NCBI GenBank assembly: GCA_903861305.1 | Contig: CAIOTT010000041.1 | Location: forward strand, 1-62,771 | DNA from: Candidatus Omnitrophota bacterium | Lineage (GTDB): Bacteria; Omnitrophota; Gorgyraeia; Zapsychrales; Fredricksoniimonadaceae | Direction: 5' to 3' | Length of the DNA: 62,771 bases | Shown: positions 26,186 to 35,518 of the stretch, piece after piece | How the letters are laid out: every line of letters starts with the position of its first letter | How positions within the stretch are numbered: the stretch's first letter is position 1 | Program-made: the position numbers and the translations under genes | Notes under the pieces: model-generated | The model's input: only the letters and a program-made list of their open reading frames with translations | Database searches by the model: none | Told to the model about the DNA's origin: nothing

Positions 26186-27445
26186 ATGCTGGACCTTCTT
26201 TATTACATTTACTTTTGCGTATATCTGCCAGTGCTTCTTGCGCGCGGAAAATGGCACAGGGGCTTCGGCCAGCGTTTCGGGTTTTTCTCCCGGGAGCTTG
26301 AAGCCGCGTTGTCTGCAGGCGAAAATATCTGGGTCCACGCGGTCAGCGTCGGAGAGGTTTCGCTTCTTGACGGCATTATCAAGGGGCTGAAGGCGAAATA
26401 TCCCGGTTCGCGGATCGTGCTTTCGGTGACCACGACGACGGGCCATGAACTGGCGCTCAAACGTTACGGAACGGCCGTGCGCGTGATATGGTCGCCTTTG
26501 GACCTGAGCTGGGTCGTGAAGATTTTCGTCAGGACGATCCGTCCCAAGGCGTATATTGTCGCGGAAACCGAGCTGTGGCCCAATCTTTTTTCATGCCTGG
26601 CCGGGCAGGGCGTGCCGATTGTGATCGTCAACGGGCGGATCTCGGATGAGGCATATCCGCGTTACCGGATGGCGCGCTGGTTTTTGAGAACGACAGTCCT
26701 TCAGGCCAGTTGTTTGTGCGTCCAGAGCAAGCTGGACGCGGAACGTTTCATTGCGCTGGGGGCAGATCCCCGGCGGGTGAGTATCGTCGGTAATTTGAAA
26801 TTCGACATTGTCCTGCCCGGCTCTGTGATGAGCGGTCTTGAAGAAAGAAGGCTGTTCGGCCTGCAGGGGGCACAGCAGATCTTTGTTGCCGCCAGCACGC
26901 ATCCGGGTGAGGAGCAGGCGGTCTGTGAAGCATTCGCGTTGCTCAAGCCGGCATTCCCTGAATTGCGCCTTGTGATCGTGCCCCGCCATCCCCAGCGGGC
27001 CGGTGAGGTCGAGGGGGTTGTGGGCCGTTGCCGGATGCAAGGGGTGTTGCTCACGGCGCTGAAGGGCGCGCTTCTTGGAAAAAATGATGTCCTGATCGTG
27101 GATGCCGTCGGGCATCTTATCGATCTTTACCGGATCGCGGACATTGTCTTTATCGGGAAAAGCCTTGGCCTTCCCCGTCGTGGCGGACAGAATCCCATTG
27201 AACCCGCGGCTTTCGGGAAGCCCGTGGTCGTCGGGCCTCATATGGAGAACTTCAGGGACGTGATGCGGGCATTCCGGGAGGCCGGGGCGGTTGTCGAGAT
27301 CGCGCGGGCGGATCAACTGGCCGGCGCCGTCAAGGATGTCTTGAGCCAACCTCAGCGACGGGCGGGACTGGGTGCGCGCGCCAGGGCCGTTGTGGACCAG
27401 AACAGGGGGGCGGCCGAACGGACCCTCAACGCGATCAACTTATGA
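26186..27445 (+). CDS. waaA: 3-deoxy-D-manno-octulosonic acid (Kdo) transferase
   Basis: IWVHAVSVGE motif, GT30-like layout, 419 aa. Confidence 0.88.
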   Translation: MLDLLYYIYFCVYLPVLLARGKWHRGFGQRFGFFSRELEAALSAGENIWVHAVSVGEVSLLDGIIKGLKAKYPGSRIVLSVTTTTGHELALKRYGTAVRVIWSPLDLSWVVKIFVRTIRPKAYIVAETELWPNLFSCLAGQGVPIVIVNGRISDEAYPRYRMARWFLRTTVLQASCLCVQSKLDAERFIALGADPRRVSIVGNLKFDIVLPGSVMSGLEERRLFGLQGAQQIFVAASTHPGEEQAVCEAFALLKPAFPELRLVIVPRHPQRAGEVEGVVGRCRMQGVLLTALKGALLGKNDVLIVDAVGHLIDLYRIADIVFIGKSLGLPRRGGQNPIEPAAFGKPVVVGPHMENFRDVMRAFREAGAVVEIARADQLAGAVKDVLSQPQRRAGLGARARAVVDQNRGAAERTLNAINL

Positions 27446-28503
27446 GAACCCTGCTGAAAAACATCATGACCGGCAAGGACAGGACAGCGGCGGGCGCCTG
27501 CCTCAAGCCGCTCCTGTGGGCACTGTCCTGTTTTTATGGTGTCATCGTGCACTTTGCGCGCGCGCTTTATCGCTACGGGATATGCCCTGTTCACAAGGCG
27601 CGCAAGCCGGTCATCAGTGTCGGGAACATCACGGCTGGCGGTGTGGGGAAAACACCGATCGTGATCTTTATTGCCGAGTATTTTTCCCGCAAGGGATTGC
27701 ATCCCGTCGTGTTGACCCGGGGATATATGGCCGCGGGCGCGCCTTCAGAAGTTCCTTCTGATGAGGCTGTAATGATGGCAGAGCGGCTCGAAGGGGTCCG
27801 GGTCGTTGTCGATCCTGATCGCGTGGCCATGGTACGGGCGCTTGAGCATGATGCGGCGAACGACATATTCATCATGGATGACGGTTTTCAGCATTGGAAG
27901 CTGGCGCGTGATCTTGATATCGTGGCCATCGATGCCACGGCGCCTTTAAGTCAAGGGCACGTGTTGCCCCGGGGCTTGTTGCGGGAGCCACTAACGGCCT
28001 TGAGGCGCGCCGGGTTGTTCGTCATCACAAAGACGGATATCGGACGGGATAATATGGACGATATCCGCCGGGTGCTCCGCGGGATCGATCCGCAGTGCCC
28101 GGTGGTCGAGACCGTTCACGCACCTGCGGCGCTCCATGAATTGTGGCAGGAGCGCGGATCGTCGGACCTCTCGCCGTTGAAAGACAACGTGGTGGCTTTA
28201 TCTGCGATCGGGGCGCCGGATGCATTTGAGGCGACATTGCGTCAGTGCGGCGCTGCGGTTGAGGGGGTTTTTTCTTATGAAGACCATCATGTCTACATTC
28301 TTGAGGATGCCCGTGAGATCGTCAGATTTTGCATGGATAAAAAGATAACGAAGGTGGTTACAACACAGAAAGATGCTGTTAAGTTAAGGGGTCTCAGAGA
28401 GGCTTTTCAAGGGGTAAGCCTTTGGGTGCTCGAGATCAACCTCAAGGTGGTGCATGGGGAAACTGAATTCTTTTCAAGGCTCGATCGCTGTCTTCATCCT
28501 TAA
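27442..28503 (+). CDS. lpxK: Tetraacyldisaccharide 4'-kinase
   Basis: P-loop VISVGNITAGGVGKTP. ATGA overlap with waaA. Confidence 0.9.
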   Translation: MRTLLKNIMTGKDRTAAGACLKPLLWALSCFYGVIVHFARALYRYGICPVHKARKPVISVGNITAGGVGKTPIVIFIAEYFSRKGLHPVVLTRGYMAAGAPSEVPSDEAVMMAERLEGVRVVVDPDRVAMVRALEHDAANDIFIMDDGFQHWKLARDLDIVAIDATAPLSQGHVLPRGLLREPLTALRRAGLFVITKTDIGRDNMDDIRRVLRGIDPQCPVVETVHAPAALHELWQERGSSDLSPLKDNVVALSAIGAPDAFEATLRQCGAAVEGVFSYEDHHVYILEDAREIVRFCMDKKITKVVTTQKDAVKLRGLREAFQGVSLWVLEINLKVVHGETEFFSRLDRCLHP

Positions 28504-30415
28504 GTGCTTCGCCCGGATCGCGCAGGCGCTGCCGTCAAAGGCCGCGCTTGCCCTAGGGCGTTTCATCGGGGATGTCGCGGCGCGCGTGGCGTCCCGGCAG
28601 CGCTGGCTTGTCCTTGGGCATTTGAGGCTGGCGTTCGGATGCACGCGGTCTTCGGCCCAGATCAAGGCGATCGCACGCGATTTTTTTCGTGCCTACGGGC
28701 AGAGCCTCATGGAGATCCTGCGCCTGCCGCTCATTGCCAGGCAGGGCTACCAGAGTGTGGTTGACGTGCAGGGCAGGGAATATCTCGATGCGGCCATGAA
28801 AAAAGGGCATGGGTGCATTTTCCTTTCCATCCATTCCGGTAACTGGGAACTGTCCAATCTTGTCGGGAGCATGTCGGGTTACCCGTACAGCATGGTCGCC
28901 AATGACCTTAACCATGTCAACAAGATCGCGGATTTCATCAGTGACCTGCGCCGCAGCGCGGGATGCCGGATCATCAACCCCGGCATCGGCGGCCGGGAGA
29001 TCATCCGGCGCCTGAAGCATAACGAGATCGTAACACTTGTCGCGGACCAGGGCGGGAGCGACGGGCTTCCGGTGCCGTTCTTTGGCCGTGACGCGTCTAT
29101 GTCCACTGGTGCTGTGCGCCTGGCTTTCAAATATGACGTGCCGATACTTTTGGTCAATATCCGCCGGGGGCCGGATGGCCGCCACACGCTTGTGGCACAG
29201 CCGTTTGACCTTGTCGGGACGGGGGACCTCGAAAAAGACATTGAAGAGAACCAGCAGCGGATGATGCGCCAGTATGAGATCTGGATCGAGGCGCACCCCC
29301 ATGAGTATGTGTGGCCTTACAAGACCTGGAAATATTCCAGGGATCGCGTGGCCCTGATCCTTGACGACGGGCGGGTAGGTCATTTGCGCCAGTCCCAGGC
29401 TGTGGCGCGGGCTTACGCGGCTGCGGCAGCGGAGCAAGGCTTGACCGTCACCACACAGGCCGTCACGGTCGGTTTTCGCAGCCGCCTGGCAGCAGCCCTC
29501 TTGCCTTTCTTTTCGGGGGGGACATTCCTTTATGCGGGTGCCGACCTGGACGTCTTGAGCCGTTACCTTGAACCGGATACCCTTGAACGCCTTCAGCGGC
29601 TGCGCCCCGACATTGTCATTTCCTGCGGGGCACGCAACGCGGCAGTGAACTGGTGGGTGGCACGCGAGAGCCGGGCGCGTTCGGTAAGCGTCCTGCCTAA
29701 CGCGTTGCTGGGGAACCGGCAGTTCGATCTTTGCGTGGTCCCCCAGCATGATACGGCTGGCGCCAGGGTCCCGGCGAATGTTCTTGTGACCCGAGGGGCG
29801 TTGAATCTTGTGGATAAGGCATATTTGGCCCAGAATGCCGGGGGGCTCGCGGAAAAGTATCCGCGTTTGCGCCAGGCGGCGCGTCCCAGGATAGCGGTCC
29901 TGATCGGCGGTGATGCCCAGGGGGTTGTGATGTCCGAGCAGGTCATGCGCGTCGTTTTTGATCAATTGAGATCAGCGGCCCGGGGCCTGAATGTTGAGCT
30001 TCTGATCACAACCTCGCGCCGCACACCGGCGGCGGTGGAGCGGCTTGTTGCCCGGGAATTCAGGGATGATGAGCGCACGGCGCTTCTTATCATCGCCAAT
30101 GAGGCCAATGTGCCTGAAGCTGTCGGCGGTATGCTGGCCCTGGCCGATGTGGTCGTGGTTTCGGGTGAAAGCGTTTCCATGGTGTCCGAGGCGGCAACTT
30201 CAGGCAAGCCCGCCGTGGTATTCCCTGTGGCCGATGTGAAGGGGCAAAAATACGACAGCTTCTGCGCCATGCTGGCGGAACAGGGGCATGTCCTTTACGT
30301 ACCGCCCGAGGGGCTCGCCGCGGCCATTGACAGTGCGGTGAAGAACAGGGACGTGACCCGTCCTTTGAATGATAACACGGCCCTTGCCGAAAAATTACGG
30401 AAGATCGTCCGATGA
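28454..30415 (+). CDS. Fusion protein: lipid A late acyltransferase (LpxL/HtrB family, aa ~1-293) plus ELM1/DUF1022-family GT-B-like domain (aa ~297-650)
   Basis: N-terminal half has LSIHSGNWE (the HxxxxE/D acyltransferase motif) and LVADQ. C-terminal half has PDIVISCG, FDLCVVPQHD, NVLVTRGALN, PRIAVLIGG, LLITTSRRTP and VSGESVSMVSEAATSGKP, all typical of the ELM1 family. Confidence 0.8.
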   Translation: MGKLNSFQGSIAVFILKCFARIAQALPSKAALALGRFIGDVAARVASRQRWLVLGHLRLAFGCTRSSAQIKAIARDFFRAYGQSLMEILRLPLIARQGYQSVVDVQGREYLDAAMKKGHGCIFLSIHSGNWELSNLVGSMSGYPYSMVANDLNHVNKIADFISDLRRSAGCRIINPGIGGREIIRRLKHNEIVTLVADQGGSDGLPVPFFGRDASMSTGAVRLAFKYDVPILLVNIRRGPDGRHTLVAQPFDLVGTGDLEKDIEENQQRMMRQYEIWIEAHPHEYVWPYKTWKYSRDRVALILDDGRVGHLRQSQAVARAYAAAAAEQGLTVTTQAVTVGFRSRLAAALLPFFSGGTFLYAGADLDVLSRYLEPDTLERLQRLRPDIVISCGARNAAVNWWVARESRARSVSVLPNALLGNRQFDLCVVPQHDTAGARVPANVLVTRGALNLVDKAYLAQNAGGLAEKYPRLRQAARPRIAVLIGGDAQGVVMSEQVMRVVFDQLRSAARGLNVELLITTSRRTPAAVERLVAREFRDDERTALLIIANEANVPEAVGGMLALADVVVVSGESVSMVSEAATSGKPAVVFPVADVKGQKYDSFCAMLAEQGHVLYVPPEGLAAAIDSAVKNRDVTRPLNDNTALAEKLRKIVR

Positions 30416-32523
30416 AGATCATGCAGATACTCCCTGAACTGAATGTCGGCGGTGTTGAGAGGGGCACGCTGGACCTTGCGAAATATCTCGTGAGCGAGGG
30501 GCACACATCCCTGGTCGTTTCCAACGGCGGAACGCTGGTCAGCCAGCTTGAAGCCGAGGGGTCGCGCCATTACACGCTGCCCGTTCACCGTAAGAATATC
30601 TTTGTCGCATGGCAGTGCGTCAAGCAGCTGCGCCGCATCATTGAGGACGAAAAAGTGGATATTGTCCATGCCCGTTCACGGGTGCCGGCCTGGGTCGCTT
30701 ATTTCGCCGTGCGCAAGACCGACGCCGAGTTTGTGACAACGTGCCACGGGTATTATTCAACGAATTTTTTCAGCCGCGTGATGGGTTGGGGAAAAAGGGT
30801 GATCGTCATCAGTGAGATCATCGGCCGGCATATGCTCGAGCATTTCGGGGTGCGCGCCCAGAACATACGCCTTATCGTCCGCAGCGTTGACCTTGACAAG
30901 TTCAAGTTCAAGGCGAGGGCGGCCGGGAAGTCTTCAGTCGTTGTCACCATGATCGGCCGCATCACGCCGCTTAAAGGCCATACGTATTTCCTGCAGGGCA
31001 TGGCCAGGGTGATCCGTCAGATGCCTTTTGTGCAGGTGCGCGTGATCGGCGACGCGTCCGCTGAAAAACAGTCTTACAAGGAAAGTTTGAAACTGCTGAC
31101 CCGGCGTCTTGGTATTTCCGAGAACGTTGCGTTCATGGGGAACAGGAGCGATATCCCTCAGCAGTTGAATGAGACCGACATCCTTGTCCTTTCGACGGTG
31201 ACCCAGGAGGCTTTCGGCCGTGTGCTCATCGAGGCACAGGCCGTGGGCGTGCCTGTGGTGGCGACGAAGGTCGGCGGGATCGTTGATGTGGTCGAGCATG
31301 AAAAGACGGGGCTTCTCGTCCTTCCCAAGGATCCTGAGGCCATTGCCGCGGCGGTCCTGCGGCTGATCAATGACAGCAAGCTTGTCGACGGGATGGTGGC
31401 TGAAGCCCGCCGGCGCGTGGAAGAACGCTACACCATCGCGCAGATGGCGGCGCGGACCGTGGCGGTTTACGAAGAAGTGGCTTCCTCGACGAATATCCTT
31501 GTGATCAAGTTGAGCGCGGTGGGCGACATCATCCTCTCGAGCGTGGCCTTCAAGGCCCTGCGTGCGCGCTTCCCGCAGGCCAGGATCACCTGCCTGACGG
31601 GCCGTGACGCGGCGCCCCTGCTGCATGGATGCCCCTATCTGGATGATGTCATTGTCTGCGATCACAAGGGCAGAGAACGGGGCTTTATGGCGTTCTGGAG
31701 GGTGTTGCAGCAGTTAAGGAAATATCGTTTTGATAAAGTGATCGATTTCCAGAATAACACCAGGAGCCATCTTCTTGCGTTCGGCTGCATGCCGCGCGCC
31801 AGTTACGGCTATCGCAACGGCAAGCTTGGCTTTCTTCTTTCGGACGGTATCAAGGATGACAACCCGGGGCTTGCGCCGGTGGCGCACCAATTCCGGATCC
31901 TTGAGAAGGTGGGTATCACGTGTCCCGCGGACCCGCATCTGGAGATGTGGCCGCGTAACGATGATCATGCCTGCGCCCGTGATCTGCTGCATGCTGAATG
32001 GATCGACGAGAAGGCCCACACGATCGTTGGGATCAATATAGCCGCCTCGGACCGCTGGCCGTCGAAGAATTGGCCTGTCGAGGCCATGGCGGAGCTTGCG
32101 GACCGCCTGGCGGCGGACAGCATCAGGGTGATCATCACGGGCATGGAGAAGGATCGCGCGCGCGTCAGGGAGCTGATGACGCGGTCAAAGTCCAAGCCGG
32201 CGATGTTCGCGGGCAAGACTAATCTTCTGCAGCTTGCCGCGCTCGTTTCGTACTGCAAGGTCTTTATTACGCCGGACTCCGCGCCATTGCACGTTGCGGC
32301 CGCCATGAACGTCCCTGTGATCGCGATCTTCGGGCCTACCAGTCCCGAGCGCCACCTTCCGCCGGGTGATAACATCAAGGTGATGACCCGGGAAATGGAA
32401 TGCCGCCCCTGTTATCTGCCGAATTGCCGTTCAGGCGAGGCGGCGTGTTTGAAAGATGTCACAGCTTACGAGATTTATCTTGAGGTCAAGGCCATGCTTA
32501 AAAGGACGGTGAACCCCGCATGA
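30412..32523 (+). CDS. Fusion protein: GT4 glycosyltransferase (aa ~1-358) plus GT9 heptosyltransferase-family domain (aa ~360-703)
   Basis: GT4 part: EAFGRVLIEAQAVGVPVVATKVGG. GT9 part: ILVIKLSAVGDII and TPDSAPLHVAAAMNVPVIAIFGPT. Confidence 0.85.
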   Translation: MKIMQILPELNVGGVERGTLDLAKYLVSEGHTSLVVSNGGTLVSQLEAEGSRHYTLPVHRKNIFVAWQCVKQLRRIIEDEKVDIVHARSRVPAWVAYFAVRKTDAEFVTTCHGYYSTNFFSRVMGWGKRVIVISEIIGRHMLEHFGVRAQNIRLIVRSVDLDKFKFKARAAGKSSVVVTMIGRITPLKGHTYFLQGMARVIRQMPFVQVRVIGDASAEKQSYKESLKLLTRRLGISENVAFMGNRSDIPQQLNETDILVLSTVTQEAFGRVLIEAQAVGVPVVATKVGGIVDVVEHEKTGLLVLPKDPEAIAAAVLRLINDSKLVDGMVAEARRRVEERYTIAQMAARTVAVYEEVASSTNILVIKLSAVGDIILSSVAFKALRARFPQARITCLTGRDAAPLLHGCPYLDDVIVCDHKGRERGFMAFWRVLQQLRKYRFDKVIDFQNNTRSHLLAFGCMPRASYGYRNGKLGFLLSDGIKDDNPGLAPVAHQFRILEKVGITCPADPHLEMWPRNDDHACARDLLHAEWIDEKAHTIVGINIAASDRWPSKNWPVEAMAELADRLAADSIRVIITGMEKDRARVRELMTRSKSKPAMFAGKTNLLQLAALVSYCKVFITPDSAPLHVAAAMNVPVIAIFGPTSPERHLPPGDNIKVMTREMECRPCYLPNCRSGEAACLKDVTAYEIYLEVKAMLKRTVNPA

Positions 32524-33623
32524 AGGTCCTTCTTCTGGCCAATCATTTCAATACCGGCGGCATCTCCACGTACATCCTGACCCTTGCTGAAGGTTATATG
32601 CGCCGCGGCCATGAAGTTTTCATTGCCACATCCGGCGGAGACCGTGTTGAAGATGCTCTGGCCCTGGGAGCGCGTCACCGGACGGTAGCGCCGTTGCGGG
32701 TGAAGTGCGAATGCCATCCTTTGCTTCTCGGTGCGGCGCTCGATATCGCGGCTTTTGTAAAGAACAATGACATCGATATCCTTCACCCGCAGACCCGCGT
32801 GACCCAGGTCGTCGCGGCCCTGGCCGGGGCCTGGTCCCGGCGGCCTTATGTGAGCACGTGTCATGGGTTCTTCACACCGCGGTTTTCGAGGAGGATCCTC
32901 CCTTTTTGGGGAAAGGCCGCGGTGGCGATCAGCCAGCCAGTGGCGGCGCATATGACCGGAGCCTTGCGTGTTCCCGCTGAGGATCTCGTCCTTGTGCCCA
33001 ATGGGGTGGATGCCCGGAAGTTCAAACCAGCTCTTCCTGATGAGGTTAGAGCTTTACGTGAAGAGTTTTGTGTCGGGGTGGCGCCCTTGGTCGGCATTAT
33101 CGCCCGGTTGTCCGATGTGAAAGGGCATTGTTATCTGATTGAAGCCATGGGAGATCTTGTCCATAGCGTTCTCGGTGTCAAATGCCTGATCATCGGGGCC
33201 GGACCATTGGAAGAGGCATTGAAACAGCAGGTCCAGGAGGCCGGGCTCGAGGCGTCTGTCCTGTTTTCCCGGATCAATGGAAGACCGGCCGGGCTTATGC
33301 CCATGTTCGATGTTTTTGTGATGCCTTCATTGCAGGAAGGCCTTGGGCTTTCGGCGATGGAGGCGCAGGCTTGCGGCGTGCCTGTTGTCGCGTCGAAGGT
33401 CGGCGGGCTCGTTGAGGCCGTAGAGGACGGAGTGACCGGATTCCTCGTGCCGCCCCGGGATCCCTCGGCCCTCGCGGGGGCTCTTTTGAAGCTCCTTACG
33501 GACAGGACCATGGCACAGCGTTTTGGGGCAGCCGGAAGGCAAAGGATCGAGGCGAAATTTTCGGTCGATGGGATGGTCGACGGGACGCTGGCTGTTTATC
33601 GAAAGGTCCTCGGGCATGCGTAA
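32520..33623 (+). CDS. GT4 (group 1) glycosyltransferase
   Basis: EGLGLSAMEAQACGVPVVASKVGG motif. 367 aa. ATGA overlap upstream. Confidence 0.85.
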   Translation: MKVLLLANHFNTGGISTYILTLAEGYMRRGHEVFIATSGGDRVEDALALGARHRTVAPLRVKCECHPLLLGAALDIAAFVKNNDIDILHPQTRVTQVVAALAGAWSRRPYVSTCHGFFTPRFSRRILPFWGKAAVAISQPVAAHMTGALRVPAEDLVLVPNGVDARKFKPALPDEVRALREEFCVGVAPLVGIIARLSDVKGHCYLIEAMGDLVHSVLGVKCLIIGAGPLEEALKQQVQEAGLEASVLFSRINGRPAGLMPMFDVFVMPSLQEGLGLSAMEAQACGVPVVASKVGGLVEAVEDGVTGFLVPPRDPSALAGALLKLLTDRTMAQRFGAAGRQRIEAKFSVDGMVDGTLAVYRKVLGHA

Positions 33624-34632
33624 TATCCTCGTCGTCTCCGTCAACTGGTTGGGGGATGTTGTTTTCTCGACCCCGGTTTTCCGGGCGTTAAAGAACGCGT
33701 ATCCCGCCGCCCGCGTCAGTGCTTTGGCCGTGGGGCGTGTCAAGGAGGTCCTTGAGCTTTGTCCCGATGTGGATGAGGTGGTCGTTCAGGACGAGGGGAG
33801 GGGTTTTCTCGGTGCGATGGCCGCGATCCCGGTTTCCTTCTCGTTACGGGCCAGGAAATTTGACGCGGTCTTTATGTTGCGCCCGTCACTGTCAAGGACG
33901 TTCATGGCCTGGAGCGCCGGCATTCCGGTGCGTGCAGGATTTCCGTCGGCGCCATGGACTTTCTTGCTGACACATGTCGCTGATGATACGGGTTGTGATC
34001 TGATCCACCGCAGTGATGTTTATTTGCGGGTGGTTGAGGCATTTGGCGTGAAGGTCAAGGACCGTTCGTGCCGCCTTGAGGTCGGGCGTGAGGCACGGGA
34101 AAGCGTCCTGACCAAACTTCGCGTTCACGGAGCGACGGGTGATCAACGTCTTGTTGTCATTCACACGGGCGGGAATTGGGAGCTCAAACAGTGGCCTGAG
34201 GGCGCTTTCGCGGACCTTACGGGGCGCTTGACACGTGAGGTCGGGGTCAAGGTAGTGCTTTCAGGGGGCCCTTCCGACGTGGATCGTGTGCGGCGTATTG
34301 CCGCCCTTTCGGGGGTTGACCCGGTCATTCTCGCCGGAACAACGACGTTGAAGGAAATGGCGGCGCTTTTCAAAATGGCCCATGTCGTCATTTCTGCAGA
34401 TTCAGGCCCTTTGCATGTGGCCAGCGCTGTGGGCGCGAATGTGCTCGGCCTCTTCGGCCCGACAGATCCCGACATCACGGGGCCCCGGGGCCAGGGGAGG
34501 ATCAAGGTCCTGCGCCGTGACACGCGCTGCAACAGGGCCCCATGTTATTATCTGGAATGCGCGGACAACACATGCATGAAATCCTTAACGGTGGACGATG
34601 TTATTCAGACATTCAAGATCCTTAAAAGTTAG
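33616..34632 (+). CDS. GT9 (heptosyltransferase family) glycosyltransferase
   Basis: MRNILVVSVNWLGDVV start and SADSGPLHVASAVGANVLGLFGPT. ATG 33616 overlaps the upstream stop by 8 nt. Confidence 0.85.
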   Translation: MRNILVVSVNWLGDVVFSTPVFRALKNAYPAARVSALAVGRVKEVLELCPDVDEVVVQDEGRGFLGAMAAIPVSFSLRARKFDAVFMLRPSLSRTFMAWSAGIPVRAGFPSAPWTFLLTHVADDTGCDLIHRSDVYLRVVEAFGVKVKDRSCRLEVGREARESVLTKLRVHGATGDQRLVVIHTGGNWELKQWPEGAFADLTGRLTREVGVKVVLSGGPSDVDRVRRIAALSGVDPVILAGTTTLKEMAALFKMAHVVISADSGPLHVASAVGANVLGLFGPTDPDITGPRGQGRIKVLRRDTRCNRAPCYYLECADNTCMKSLTVDDVIQTFKILKS

Positions 34633-35518
34633 GCGCATCCTTCTGGTGTCGCTCACCAATATCGGGGATGTGGTCCTCACCTTCCCGGTCTTTGACGCGC
34701 TGCACGCGGCGTTCCCCGATGCTGTCATCGATGTTGTCGCGGGACAAAAAGCGGCGGGGTTCTTCGGCGGGAATCCCCGCATCGGACGGGTCATTGTGTA
34801 TGACAAGGGGATGTCGCTGGTCAAAGTTCTCGCGTGGGTGGCGGATTTGAGGCGTCAGCGTTATGACATCGTTGTTGACCTGCGCAACACCTTTCTGCCG
34901 TTCGTGGTGAATGCCGCGGCCGTGACGCTTCCTTGTTTTGCCCGCGGGGGGATGCACATGAAGGACAAACATTTCGCCCGGCTTGCGTCTTTGTCCGTCA
35001 AGGTCGGTCCCGCCGCGGTGCGGTCGGCGATTGTCCTTTCCTCGGCCGGACGCATGGCCTGTGCGCGGTTGACCGGTGGGAAGGAAGGTTATGTCCTTGT
35101 GGCCGCGGGCGCGGCGGATCATAAAAAACGATGGCATGAGGAGGGTTTCCTGGAAGTGATCCGTCATGTCCGTTCACGCGGGTATGATGTTGTGCTCGTC
35201 GGTGACCGCAACGACCAAGAGGTCGCGGGGCGCATGATGAAGGCCTTGCCGGAGGGTGTCGTCGATCTCTGCGGCCGTACGACGTTGCTGGAGTTGGCCG
35301 GGGTCGTTGAACGCGCCGGCCTTGCCATTACCAATGACAGCGGAATCATGCACCTGGCCAGTTATTCCGATAAGCCCATCGTTGCTCTCTTTGGCCCCAC
35401 CGATCCATCGCTGTATGGGCCATGGAGCGCGCGCTGCGTGGCTCTCAGGAAAAGTTGTTCGGCCGTGGATGTCGATCCCGCGGATGTGATCGCCAGTGTG
35501 GATGAGCTCTTATGTTGA
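34598..35518 (+). CDS. GT9 (heptosyltransferase family) glycosyltransferase
   Basis: ILLVSLTNIGDVV and TNDSGIMHLASYSDKPIVALFGPT. Confidence 0.82.
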   Translation: MLFRHSRSLKVRRILLVSLTNIGDVVLTFPVFDALHAAFPDAVIDVVAGQKAAGFFGGNPRIGRVIVYDKGMSLVKVLAWVADLRRQRYDIVVDLRNTFLPFVVNAAAVTLPCFARGGMHMKDKHFARLASLSVKVGPAAVRSAIVLSSAGRMACARLTGGKEGYVLVAAGAADHKKRWHEEGFLEVIRHVRSRGYDVVLVGDRNDQEVAGRMMKALPEGVVDLCGRTTLLELAGVVERAGLAITNDSGIMHLASYSDKPIVALFGPTDPSLYGPWSARCVALRKSCSAVDVDPADVIASVDELLC

